DNA of 64,000 bases from Deltaproteobacteria bacterium (lineage in GTDB: Bacteria > Myxococcota_A > Polyangia > Polyangiales > Houyiibacteriaceae), in NCBI GenBank assembly GCA_004283055.1, contig SHLP01000003.1, positions 35,282 to 99,281 of the forward strand. The letters are read 5' to 3'. Positions 49,690 through 58,495 of this stretch are shown piece after piece. The notes under the pieces are model-generated. The model was not told the DNA's origin. It did no database searches and was given only the letters and a program-made list of their open reading frames with translations. The position numbers were made by a program, and so were the translations under genes. Within the stretch, counting starts at the first letter, position 1. Each line of letters begins with the position of its first letter.

Positions 49690-50466
49690 ATGACGATTTC
49701 CCGAGGTACAGTGGTGGTCACCGGTGCTAGCCGCGGGATCGGTCGCGCCACGGTCGATGCGATTTTGGCCCGTGGAGGCAAAGTCGTGGCTGTCGCCCGT
49801 GACGAGGGACTGCTCGGTGCGCTCCAAGCGTCCTGGCCGAATCACGTTCGCGCGCTGCCGGCTGACCTCCAACACCTCGATAGGATTCCCGAGCTGGCTG
49901 GCCGCGCCGTCGATGCGTTTGGAAGCGTGGACGGTTTGGTCAACTGCGCTGGGGTTGCCCGCTACGAGCCCGTGGGCGCGATCGACCTTGCATCCGTCGA
50001 AGCACAGCTCCGAGTGAATCTGATTGCGCCGCTTTTCTTTTCTCAAGCGCTTGCTCTGCACCTGCGCGCTTCGGGGGGCTCCATCGTCAACGTTTCGAGC
50101 ACCCTGTCCGAGCGGGCGGCTCCGCACACGGTCGTGTATGCGGCGACCAAAGCTGCCCTAAACGCCGTAACCAGGGGGCTGGCGCTCGAGCTCGCCTCAT
50201 CGGGCGTGCGCGTCAACGCCGTACTCCCGGGCGGCGTGGAGACCGACATGCTACGAGCGCCGCGCCTCCAGCCGGGTGAAACCCTCGACCCCGGGGAGAT
50301 CGAGGCTAGGGTGGCCTCCCAGCTTGCCGGCCTAGCCGCTCTCCACCCGCTTGGTGGCCGGCTCGGAACGCCAGAGGAAGTGGCCGCTGTCATCCTGAGC
50401 GTGCTCGACCAAACCTGGCAGACAGGAAGCCTGGTCACCATCGATGGAGGCCTCTCGCTGGCCTAG
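49690..50466 (+). CDS. Short-chain dehydrogenase/reductase
   Basis: TGASRGIG, NCAG, YAATK, RVNAVLPG, IDGG. Confidence 0.9.
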   Translation: MTISRGTVVVTGASRGIGRATVDAILARGGKVVAVARDEGLLGALQASWPNHVRALPADLQHLDRIPELAGRAVDAFGSVDGLVNCAGVARYEPVGAIDLASVEAQLRVNLIAPLFFSQALALHLRASGGSIVNVSSTLSERAAPHTVVYAATKAALNAVTRGLALELASSGVRVNAVLPGGVETDMLRAPRLQPGETLDPGEIEARVASQLAGLAALHPLGGRLGTPEEVAAVILSVLDQTWQTGSLVTIDGGLSLA

Positions 50467-50506
50467 GCTTGAAGCGCACGGCCTTTTCACACACACTCCG
50501 CCCGAC

Positions 50507-51046
50507 GTGGCTCGAACCCAGAAGGTCGTACTCGATGCGGACGCTATCCAACGAAGCATTCGACGCATTGCTGTTGCCATTCTGGAAGCGACCTCGGGCA
50601 TTGAAGACCTTACCCTGATCGGCATCCGCCGCGGCGGTGTCGGGCTTTCCAAACGCATTGCGGAAGAGATCGCGAACGTCGAAGGGCGACCGCCGCCGGT
50701 GGGGACCGTCGACATCTCGCTCTACCGAGACGACGCTGCCACCGCGCTCCCGAATCCGAAAATCGGGCCGAGCGACATTCCCTTCGACGTGAGCGGCCGT
50801 CATGTCGTGCTCGTGGATGACGTGCTGCACACGGGGCGGACGGTCCGTGCCGCAATCGAGTGTCTCCAAGATCATGGTCGCCCCGCGCGGGTCTGGCTCG
50901 CGGCGCTCTGCGACCGCGGAGGCCGTGAGCTTCCGATCGCCCCAGACTTCGTGGGCCGCATCCTCGATCTCGAGCCGGGTGGCCGACTCGACGTATGGGT
51001 CGACGCCGCCGGTCCTGATCGTGTCGTGCTTACCGAGGGGGAGTGA
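50507..51046 (+). CDS. pyrR: Bifunctional pyrimidine regulator/uracil phosphoribosyltransferase
   Basis: [45 protein letters not shown]. Confidence 0.94.
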   Translation: MARTQKVVLDADAIQRSIRRIAVAILEATSGIEDLTLIGIRRGGVGLSKRIAEEIANVEGRPPPVGTVDISLYRDDAATALPNPKIGPSDIPFDVSGRHVVLVDDVLHTGRTVRAAIECLQDHGRPARVWLAALCDRGGRELPIAPDFVGRILDLEPGGRLDVWVDAAGPDRVVLTEGE

Positions 51047-51999
51047 TGGAGCCGTTCGCCCACCGCAGCCTCCTCGATGTCGAAGGGCTCACGAAGGCGG
51101 ACGTGAATCGTATCCTCGACACGGCCGAAGCGTTCTTGCAGGTCTCTCGTCGGCCTGTGCGCAAGGTGCCGACGCTCCGAGGAAAGACCGTGATCAACCT
51201 CTTCTACGAAGCGTCGACGAGGACCAGGACTTCGTTCGAGCTTGCGGGCAAGCGTTTGAGCGCGGATGTGATCAACATGAGCGTGTCCGCATCGAGCGTG
51301 AAAAAAGGGGAGACGCTACAAGACACCTGTCGGACTCTTCAGGCGATGCACCCCGACGTGATCGTCATCCGGCACGCCTCGTCGGGCGCCCCCAACTACG
51401 TAGCCTCGAAGATCGGCTGCAGTGTCATCAATGCGGGAGACGGGATGCACGCGCATCCAACGCAGGCCCTGCTCGACGCGTTTACGATTCGGCGCGCCAA
51501 AGGCACGCTCGACAACCTCGTCGTGGCTATCGTCGGCGACATTGCGCATTCGCGCGTCGCTCGATCGAACGCGCACCTGTTGAAGCTATTCGGCTGTGAG
51601 GTTCGTGTCGTTGGGCCTCGAACCTTATTGCCTGCCGCCGCCGATTCTCTCGGCGTACGTGTCTTTGACGCTCTCGAGGACGGCCTCGCAGGCGCCGACG
51701 TAGTCATGGTGCTTCGGATCCAGAGTGAACGTCTCGAGGGGGCGCTCCTGCCGAGCCTTCGTGAATATGCCCGTACCTTCGGCATCGGTCCCGTCACAAT
51801 CGGGCCCGCAAAGCCGGATGCGATCATCATGCACCCCGGTCCGATGAACCGCGGCGTCGAAATCGAAAGCCTCATCGCCGACGGCGAGCGCAGTGTCGTT
51901 TTGCAGCAAGTAGAAGCCGGAGTGGCCGTACGCATGGCGCTCCTCTACCTCCTCGCTGGTGAAGCGACCGATACGCTGGCCGAAGGTGAAGTTCATTGA
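51046..51999 (+). CDS. pyrB: Aspartate carbamoyltransferase catalytic subunit
   Basis: [35 protein letters not shown]. Confidence 0.96.
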   Translation: MEPFAHRSLLDVEGLTKADVNRILDTAEAFLQVSRRPVRKVPTLRGKTVINLFYEASTRTRTSFELAGKRLSADVINMSVSASSVKKGETLQDTCRTLQAMHPDVIVIRHASSGAPNYVASKIGCSVINAGDGMHAHPTQALLDAFTIRRAKGTLDNLVVAIVGDIAHSRVARSNAHLLKLFGCEVRVVGPRTLLPAAADSLGVRVFDALEDGLAGADVVMVLRIQSERLEGALLPSLREYARTFGIGPVTIGPAKPDAIIMHPGPMNRGVEIESLIADGERSVVLQQVEAGVAVRMALLYLLAGEATDTLAEGEVH

Positions 52000-53171
52000 C
52001 TGAGGTTCGGACCGGGCTGGATCGCATCTCCGACGGTGACCCGGAAGCTCTTCGCTTGGTCGCCGGCCGCAGCGTGGGTCTGCTGGCGCATGCCGCGAGC
52101 GTCGACCGAAAGCTTCGCTCGGCCGCTCGAGTTCTACACGAGGCCGGCGCCCGTGTTTCTGCCCTTTTCGGGCCCGAGCACGGTTTTGCCGGCGCTGCCC
52201 AAGACATGATCGGCGTCGGAAGTCGGGAAGAAACCGATGTCCCGGTGTACTCCTTGTACGGAGACGACGCAGAGGATCTGAGCCCAGACCCCGATTGGTT
52301 GAGGAGCTTGGATGCGATCGTCATCGATTTACAAGACGTCGGCTCCCGCTACTACACCTACGTTTGGACGGCCGCGCTCATGGTGAAGGTCGCCGCGACC
52401 GTTGGGGTCGAGGTCGTGCTTCTCGATCGACCGAACCCCCTCGGAGGCACTCGCGTCGAAGGGGCGCCACAGCGCCAAGGCTACCTCTCGTTCGTGGGCT
52501 TGTATCCAGTTTCGGTGCGCCACGGCCTCACCATCGCCGAGCTCTTGCTCTGGGTTTGCGAACTCGAACGGTTCGACCAGAGCGTGCTCCAGCTCGTCCC
52601 GATGGACGGCTGGACTCGCGCGATGGAGTGGAACGACACTGGCCTTCCTTGGCGGATGCCCTCGCCCAACATGCCGACCTTCGACACTGCGATGGTCTAT
52701 CCGGGCGGCTGCGTCGTCGAAGGTACGACGCTCTCGGAAGGGCGCGGCACCACCAGGCCCTTCGAGCTCTGGGGCGCACCCGGCTTGGATGTCGGCCCGC
52801 TTCTGGAGCTCGACCTGCACGGCGCGACCCTGAGACCCGTCGAGTTTGTCCCGACATTTCAGAAGCACGCGGGCCGGACCTGTGCCGGAGTACAGGTGCA
52901 CGTCACCGACCCCTGGGTTTTTCGACCTTACGAAACTTACCTGCGCATGCTCGCCGCAGCGCTCCCTCAGCTACCTGACGCGAGCCGTTGGAGAACGGAC
53001 GTTTACGAGTTCGTGTCCGACCGGCCTGCGATCGATCTCTTGACCGGCGGCCCTGAGTTTCGAACAGCGGTCGATCGCGGCGCCTCACTCGACGAGGTCT
53101 TGGCAGAGGAAGCCCGCGGAGCGGCAAAGTTCGACGACGAACGACGCTCGGCCTGGCTCTACGAGAAGTGA
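51996..53171 (+). CDS. DUF1343 / exo-beta-N-acetylmuramidase NamZ family
   Basis: [45 protein letters not shown]. Confidence 0.9.
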   Translation: MTEVRTGLDRISDGDPEALRLVAGRSVGLLAHAASVDRKLRSAARVLHEAGARVSALFGPEHGFAGAAQDMIGVGSREETDVPVYSLYGDDAEDLSPDPDWLRSLDAIVIDLQDVGSRYYTYVWTAALMVKVAATVGVEVVLLDRPNPLGGTRVEGAPQRQGYLSFVGLYPVSVRHGLTIAELLLWVCELERFDQSVLQLVPMDGWTRAMEWNDTGLPWRMPSPNMPTFDTAMVYPGGCVVEGTTLSEGRGTTRPFELWGAPGLDVGPLLELDLHGATLRPVEFVPTFQKHAGRTCAGVQVHVTDPWVFRPYETYLRMLAAALPQLPDASRWRTDVYEFVSDRPAIDLLTGGPEFRTAVDRGASLDEVLAEEARGAAKFDDERRSAWLYEK

Positions 53172-54109
53172 GAGAACCCGCCTCGGCCGAGCTCGATCGC
53201 GCTGCCCGCCGCGTCCAGGACCCGGCTGCCCGTGCCTTCGACGATTTCGCCGATGCGGGTACCTAGCGCGGCAGCTTCGGCAGACTCCCGCGCTGTAAAC
53301 AGCAGCTCGTAGTCTTCGCCGCCGCTCAGAGCGAGCACCATCGGATCGATCGAGAGCGCGACACAGGCGGCTTGATAGCCAGGTGCGGTGGGAACGGCGG
53401 GGGCATGTAGGACCGCACCAACCCCTGATGCGGTGAGGAGGTGTTCCAAGTCTTGAAGACATCCATCGGACACGTCGACCGCCGCGGTCGCGATTCGCGC
53501 CAGAACCGCAGCGGCTTTTCCGTTGAGAGGCGGCTTTTTCCAGCGTTCGGCGAACTTCCGGGCTCGTTCGATATCGAGCCGATCGGCCTCGAGAATCGCG
53601 AGCCCGAGTGCCGCCGCTCCCAGAGTTCCTGTCACGTAGATCGAATCTCCGGGTCGTGCGCCGCTCCGGGTCAGCGATTTGGAGATCGGCAGCCCAAAGA
53701 CCGTCGTCGTCACGGTCAAGGACGAGCCTCGACTCAAGTTCCCGCCGATGACGCGCGCCCCGGTCACGCGAGCAGCGTCTGCAACGCCGTCGATGAGGTC
53801 GCGAAACTCGTCGTCGGAAAAGTCGTCGCGCAAGGTCAGTGCGATCACCGAGGCGCTAGGGATCCCCGCCATCGCCCAAACATCGCTGGCGGCGGCTACG
53901 ACGGCGCGGTAGCCGAGCTCCCGAGGGGACAGCAGATCCGCGCGAAAGTGGACCTCTTCTACCTGCGTATCGACGGTGACGATGGTCGGTCGGTTGCCGA
54001 AATCGATTACGGCGGCGTCGTCGCCGATGCCGACCAGAACCGCGCTCGAATCGCCGTTCAGGGCAAGACGAGTTTTCAGCCAGTCGATTTTGGCGAACTC
54101 GTCACGCAT
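53159..54109 (-). CDS. thiL: Thiamine-monophosphate kinase
   Basis: GIGDDAA, EEVHF, DVSDG, GGEDYELLF, GFSHF. Confidence 0.93.
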   Translation of the reverse strand: MRDEFAKIDWLKTRLALNGDSSAVLVGIGDDAAVIDFGNRPTIVTVDTQVEEVHFRADLLSPRELGYRAVVAAASDVWAMAGIPSASVIALTLRDDFSDDEFRDLIDGVADAARVTGARVIGGNLSRGSSLTVTTTVFGLPISKSLTRSGARPGDSIYVTGTLGAAALGLAILEADRLDIERARKFAERWKKPPLNGKAAAVLARIATAAVDVSDGCLQDLEHLLTASGVGAVLHAPAVPTAPGYQAACVALSIDPMVLALSGGEDYELLFTARESAEAAALGTRIGEIVEGTGSRVLDAAGSAIELGRGGFSHFS

Positions 54110-55508
54110 CGTCGTCGGCGGCGGGAAGTGTCACGACGAAGGTCGTACCCTCGCCAGGCGTGCTGGTCACTTCGATTTTTCCCTCGTGGCCGTCGACGAG
54201 CTGTTTCACGATCGACAGCCCGAGCCCCGCGCCGCCATGAACGCGTGTGGTCCCGGCATCGACCTGGTAGAACGCGTCGAAAATCTTGGAAAGGTTTTGT
54301 TCTGCGATGCCCATGCCGCCGTCCTCTATCGTCAGGACGACAGCCGGCCGGCTTGCCGAAAAAAGGGCAGCGCCCAGGCCTGAAGCGCCTGCGGCATCGA
54401 TGTCACCCCGCTCCGCGCGGATGGTCACCGTGCCGCCTTCGTCGCTGAATTTGACGGCGTTGTCGGCGAGATTGAGCAGAATCTGGCTGAGGCGGACAGG
54501 GTCTCCCCAAAGCTTCGGGGTTTGCTCGCCGACTTGGACGTCGAGCGCCACGTTGCGCCGATTGGCGGTCGGCACAATCGTCGCGGCCAGGTCGGACAAG
54601 AGGGCGTGCGCGTCAACCGACTCGTGCTTGAGGTCCAGGCTCTTCGCCTCCAGGCGGCCGAGGTCCAGCAGGCTGCTGATCAGGCCCAGCAGCTGATCGG
54701 CCTTGCTGCGAATAGTGCCAAGGAACTCCGCCTGGCCGTCGCTGAGGGCGCCAGCAGCGCCGCTTTCGAGCATTTCGGTGTAGCCGATGATCGAGGTGAG
54801 CGGACTTCGCAACTCATGGCTCACGGTAGCCAGAAACGTGCTCTTGAGCTGGTCGAGCTGCTTGAGCTCGTCGAGCGAAGACTCGAGCGCTTCGTTCTTC
54901 TCGGCGAGCTCGCGGTAGTTTTCTCGAACGCTGGCAACCTGCATCGTCGATGCGAGCTGTGCGCGATGGCCGGAAAACAGCAGCAGCTCGAGCACACCCT
55001 TCAAATGGTCTGAGATCTCCTTCGCGATGTGCTCGCGCACGCGCGGCATCGTTTCGAAGTGCCCGCATGCGGCCGCCGAATCGATTGCAGCGTCGACCGA
55101 CAGAAGCGAAGCGGGCGGCTGTGTCGTCTCCGCCGGTACGTACGGTCCGACGATGAATCGACCGATCGGACGCCCCTGGTACTCGAGAGGAACGATTCTG
55201 TACACTGCGCCGGTGAAACAGGGGTGAACGATGGTTTGCAGCTCTGGCTCGAGGTCGCGCACGACGCCGACGGTCTTGGCGCACTCTCGTTCGCCCGCGT
55301 CGAGGGTATTGAGGTAGTTGCACAGAGGCTGGTCGCGATGAACGTCGGCGAGCAGGTCCCCTTCGTGGGTGATGACGCGCACCGGCAGGCCGAATAGCGA
55401 AAAGAAAGACTTGCAAACCGAGGTCACCGAATCGCGGCTCAGCACGTCTTCGAGACGAACGACGTCTCCCATCATGATGTCAGCAGCGTCTGTCTGGTCG
55501 TGCATCAT
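54102..55508 (-). CDS. Cytoplasmic sensor histidine kinase with N-terminal PocR-like domain
   Basis: PocR-like Cys pattern (PLC...ECA...HPCFTG...IVGPY); H-box SHELRSPL; NLADNAVKF; D.GMGI; GAGLGL. Confidence 0.88.
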   Translation of the reverse strand: MMHDQTDAADIMMGDVVRLEDVLSRDSVTSVCKSFFSLFGLPVRVITHEGDLLADVHRDQPLCNYLNTLDAGERECAKTVGVVRDLEPELQTIVHPCFTGAVYRIVPLEYQGRPIGRFIVGPYVPAETTQPPASLLSVDAAIDSAAACGHFETMPRVREHIAKEISDHLKGVLELLLFSGHRAQLASTMQVASVRENYRELAEKNEALESSLDELKQLDQLKSTFLATVSHELRSPLTSIIGYTEMLESGAAGALSDGQAEFLGTIRSKADQLLGLISSLLDLGRLEAKSLDLKHESVDAHALLSDLAATIVPTANRRNVALDVQVGEQTPKLWGDPVRLSQILLNLADNAVKFSDEGGTVTIRAERGDIDAAGASGLGAALFSASRPAVVLTIEDGGMGIAEQNLSKIFDAFYQVDAGTTRVHGGAGLGLSIVKQLVDGHEGKIEVTSTPGEGTTFVVTLPAADDDA

Positions 55509-56179
55509 CGCTCCCGTGGTCCCGGGTCGTGCTTCAATTTCGCTTCCACCTCGGTCATGAACCGGATGGGACTAATCCCAAACTTTTCTTCGAGCTGGTG
55601 ATCGTCTTCGAGCTTCGCCCAGGTGTCTCGAATCAGGCCGCGGAGGGTTTGCATTACCCCGTACCCCCGGGTTGCTACGGCTTTGTAGATAGGCTCTTTG
55701 CTTCGCTGCGCAATCAGCTCGAGCTCCTCGTCGGTGCGAATGCTCGACATATCGCGTTTGTTGAACTGAATGATGATCGGAATCCCATCCGGATCGATCT
55801 TGTTCTCTTGGAGGTTGCGCTTGAGGTTGAGGAAGGATTCCCGGTTTGCATCCGCTTCACTACGCTGCGAGTCGGCGATGAAGGCGACTCCGTCCGTTCC
55901 CTGCAAGACGAGTCGACGGGTTGCGTTGTGCATCACTTGACCCGGAACCGTAAACAGCTTCAAACGAACTTTGAGCCCAGTTCCCGAGCTCACGGTGATC
56001 GGGAGCATGTCGAAAAACAAAGTTCGGTCGTTTTGCGTTTCGAGCGTCATGAGCTCGCCGCAGGCACTCGATGTGCCGAGCCAGTGGATAGCGCGGAGGT
56101 TGCTCGTTTTCCCACTGAGAGCCGGCCCGTAGTACACCAGCTTCACGGTCAGTTCTTTCGCGGCGAAGTCGATTTGCAT
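55505..56179 (-). CDS. MglA-family small GTPase (SofG-like, no adjacent MglB)
   Basis: KLVYYGPALSGKT, DRTLFFD, TVPGQ, FIADSQ, NKRD. Confidence 0.88.
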   Translation of the reverse strand: MQIDFAAKELTVKLVYYGPALSGKTSNLRAIHWLGTSSACGELMTLETQNDRTLFFDMLPITVSSGTGLKVRLKLFTVPGQVMHNATRRLVLQGTDGVAFIADSQRSEADANRESFLNLKRNLQENKIDPDGIPIIIQFNKRDMSSIRTDEELELIAQRSKEPIYKAVATRGYGVMQTLRGLIRDTWAKLEDDHQLEEKFGISPIRFMTEVEAKLKHDPGPRER

Positions 56180-56207
56180 TTCGAACTGCGGGTCGCCCGC
56201 TCCGGCG

Positions 56208-56534
56208 CTACGCCCGCAGCAGAAGCAAGATCCCCGCCCCCATCAACAGCAACATGATAAAGAACGCGACCCATGTCAGCGTTCTTTTGTGCTCATGGCT
56301 GGCGGGGACGACGCGCGTATCCTGCAATTGCTGGGTCGCGAGGGCGATCAGGCCGTCGATTTGCCGGACGGCGTCGTCGCGGCGAGCAGGGTCGTTGTCC
56401 CGCACCGCGCGGTAGCGTTTTCCCGCGTCGGCTAGCCGATCCAAGGCCACGCAGACGGCCACAAAACGGCGATGCGAGTCCTGATTCGCCCAGTCGGCTT
56501 CGACCCGCTCCCACGCCTCGTCGATCGGATCCAC
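56208..56534 (-). CDS. Small hypothetical protein with C-terminal TM anchor
   Basis: 108 aa helical ORF ending in hydrophobic LTWVAFFIMLLLMGAGILLLL, co-oriented 28 nt before the GTPase gene. Confidence 0.65.
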   Translation of the reverse strand: MDPIDEAWERVEADWANQDSHRRFVAVCVALDRLADAGKRYRAVRDNDPARRDDAVRQIDGLIALATQQLQDTRVVPASHEHKRTLTWVAFFIMLLLMGAGILLLLRA

Positions 56535-56757
56535 GCGGGCCGAAGAATAGCACGCCCTGTTTTGGCCAAGTTAGGCCTATTTTGTCGTCAATAGAGCCAG
56601 TTCTGCACAAAGGCGCGCCCTGCGGAAGTGGATACGAGCCGAAATGCGTTCTGCAGATCGAGGTCGGAGTCCGCGGCCCGGGTTGGGCCATGGATTTCGC
56701 ACCTACATGAAGCCCAAAAAACCGTTTTAATTCTGCCACTTGGACTGCAGAAAGAAG

Positions 56758-56787
56758 TTGACATCAGAGCCGCCTCGGCTTTAGTTT
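56758..56787 (+). promoter_or_regulatory. Sigma70-type promoter of the dcw cluster
   Basis: Perfect TTGACA (56758-56763), 17-18 nt spacer, TTAGTT/TAGTTT. Confidence 0.6.
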
Positions 56788-56794
56788 CCGGCCT

Positions 56795-56821
56795 TAGTGG
56801 GAACTAGTGGGATCAAGTGCC
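56795..56821 (+). promoter_or_regulatory. MraZ binding repeats
   Basis: GTGGG (56797), GTGGG (56807), GTGCC (56817) at 10-bp periodicity just upstream of mraZ. Confidence 0.75.
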
Positions 56822-56853
56822 AACTGACCACAAACTAGGACGAGAGGGTTAGA

Positions 56854-57306
56854 TTGTTCCGAGGACGCTACGAGCACGCAATCGATGCCAAAGGCCGCAC
56901 GTCCGTGCCTTCTCGATTTCGCGAGGTCATGACGGCCCAAGGCGACTCGCAGCTCGTTCTCACCACCGGCTTGGAGAGCTGTCTGGTGGCTTACCCGATG
57001 GCGGAGTGGCTCGCGTTCGAGAATCGGCTCTCGGCTCTTCCGCAGTTTGATTCGAACGTCGTGACTCTCAAGCGGATCTACGTCTCGGGAGCGGTCGAGT
57101 GTGACGTCGACAAGGTCGGGCGACTTCTCATCCCCGCCGCGCTGCGGAAGCACGCGGGGCTGAAGCGCGACGCGCTCTGGGCCGGAATGGGCAGCTATAT
57201 CGAGCTCTGGGCGAAGGAGGGCTTTGAAGACCTTCGCAAAGAAGTCTTGAGCGATCAGGACCGCCGTTTGGAGATTGCCCGACGCTTGGCGGAGCTTGGC
57301 CTGTGA
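56854..57306 (+). CDS. mraZ: Division/cell wall cluster repressor MraZ
   Basis: MFRGRYEHAIDAKGR, DKVGRLLIP, IELW. Confidence 0.96.
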   Translation: MFRGRYEHAIDAKGRTSVPSRFREVMTAQGDSQLVLTTGLESCLVAYPMAEWLAFENRLSALPQFDSNVVTLKRIYVSGAVECDVDKVGRLLIPAALRKHAGLKRDALWAGMGSYIELWAKEGFEDLRKEVLSDQDRRLEIARRLAELGL

Positions 57307-58193
57307 GCGCATTCGAGCACACCCCCGTTTTGCTCGAAGAGGTGCTCGAGCAACTCGATCCGACAGCCGGCGGAGTCTACGGGGACGTGACGCTTGGCGG
57401 TGGAGGCCATGCGAAAGCAATCCTGGAACGCAGCTCTCCCGATGGCCGGTTGATCGGAACGGACCGCGACTCGAGCGCGCTCGAGGCAGCCGGTGCAGCG
57501 CTGTCCGGCTTTGGAGAGCGCGCTACGCTGCGCAAAGCGCGAATCAGCGAGCTCGTCGCTGTCTTAGCATCGCTCCAGATCGACAAACTAGATGGTGTTC
57601 TGGCTGACCTGGGAGTCAGCTCCGTCCACCTCGATCGCGCTGAGCGCGGGTTTTCATTCGCGAAAGACGGCCCGATCGACATGCGCATGGACCGGACCGA
57701 AGGCGAGACCGCCCTGGACCTCATCGGCCGCAGCGATCCCGAGGAGCTCGCCAACCTGATCTACCGCTACGGAGAAGAGCACCGTTCGAGGAAGATCGCG
57801 CGCTCCCTTCGACGCGCGTACGAAGAGGGAGAGCTCAGAACCACGGGTGATTTGCGGCACGCCGTGCACAGAGCGGTCGGGGGACGCAGAGGCCGCGTGG
57901 ACCCGGCGACCAAGACATTCCAGGCGCTGCGCATTGCGGTCAACGATGAGCTCGGAGAGCTCCAAGCTCTGCTCGAACAGGCTCCGCACGCGCTGCGGCT
58001 GGGTGGGGTCGTCGCAGTGATCAGCTTCCACTCTCTAGAGGACCGGATGGTGAAGCACGCGTTTCGAGACAGCGAGCAGCTGTCGCCCTTGACCAAGCGT
58101 CCCATCGTGGCTTCGGAACGAGAGCGCGCCGACAATCCAAGGTCTCGCAGCGCCAAGCTTCGTGCCGCCAGGCGCGTGGAGGTCGCAGCGTGA
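57303..58193 (+). CDS. rsmH: 16S rRNA m4C1402 methyltransferase
   Basis: HTPVLLEE, TLGGGGH, DLGVSS, FQALRI.VNDEL, SFHSLEDR, NPRSRSAKLR. Confidence 0.96.
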   Translation: MSAFEHTPVLLEEVLEQLDPTAGGVYGDVTLGGGGHAKAILERSSPDGRLIGTDRDSSALEAAGAALSGFGERATLRKARISELVAVLASLQIDKLDGVLADLGVSSVHLDRAERGFSFAKDGPIDMRMDRTEGETALDLIGRSDPEELANLIYRYGEEHRSRKIARSLRRAYEEGELRTTGDLRHAVHRAVGGRRGRVDPATKTFQALRIAVNDELGELQALLEQAPHALRLGGVVAVISFHSLEDRMVKHAFRDSEQLSPLTKRPIVASERERADNPRSRSAKLRAARRVEVAA

Positions 58194-58495
58194 AGGGTCG
58201 CTTCCTGCCACTATGGTGCGTCGCCGTCTTCGCAACCGCTGCGGCTTTCGTAGTTCACTTGTCCATCCGCTTCGAGACGGTTCGCCTCGGTTATGAGGTG
58301 AGTGAAGAGCGGGACCGACAGCGTGACTTGCTGCAGGATCGACGACTCCTTTCGATTGAAGCCGCCACGCTCCGGCAAAGCGGACGCATCGAGACCATTG
58401 CGCGCGGAACGCTCGGCATGGAAGTCCCGAAGCCGACTCGAATCGTGACGATGAAAGAGAAGCGCAAGCGTACGGCCGCGGGGAGGGTGAGGTGA
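58190..58495 (+). CDS. ftsL: Cell division protein FtsL
   Basis: TM plus leucine zipper and RIETIARGTLGM; located between rsmH and ftsI. Confidence 0.85.
   Translation: MKGRFLPLWCVAVFATAAAFVVHLSIRFETVRLGYEVSEERDRQRDLLQDRRLLSIEAATLRQSGRIETIARGTLGMEVPKPTRIVTMKEKRKRTAAGRVR

Noticed and set aside
56535-56757. RNase P RNA or another known ncRNA upstream of mraZ
   Set aside because: No GAGGAAAGTCC or other recognisable conserved elements, and too short for rnpB.
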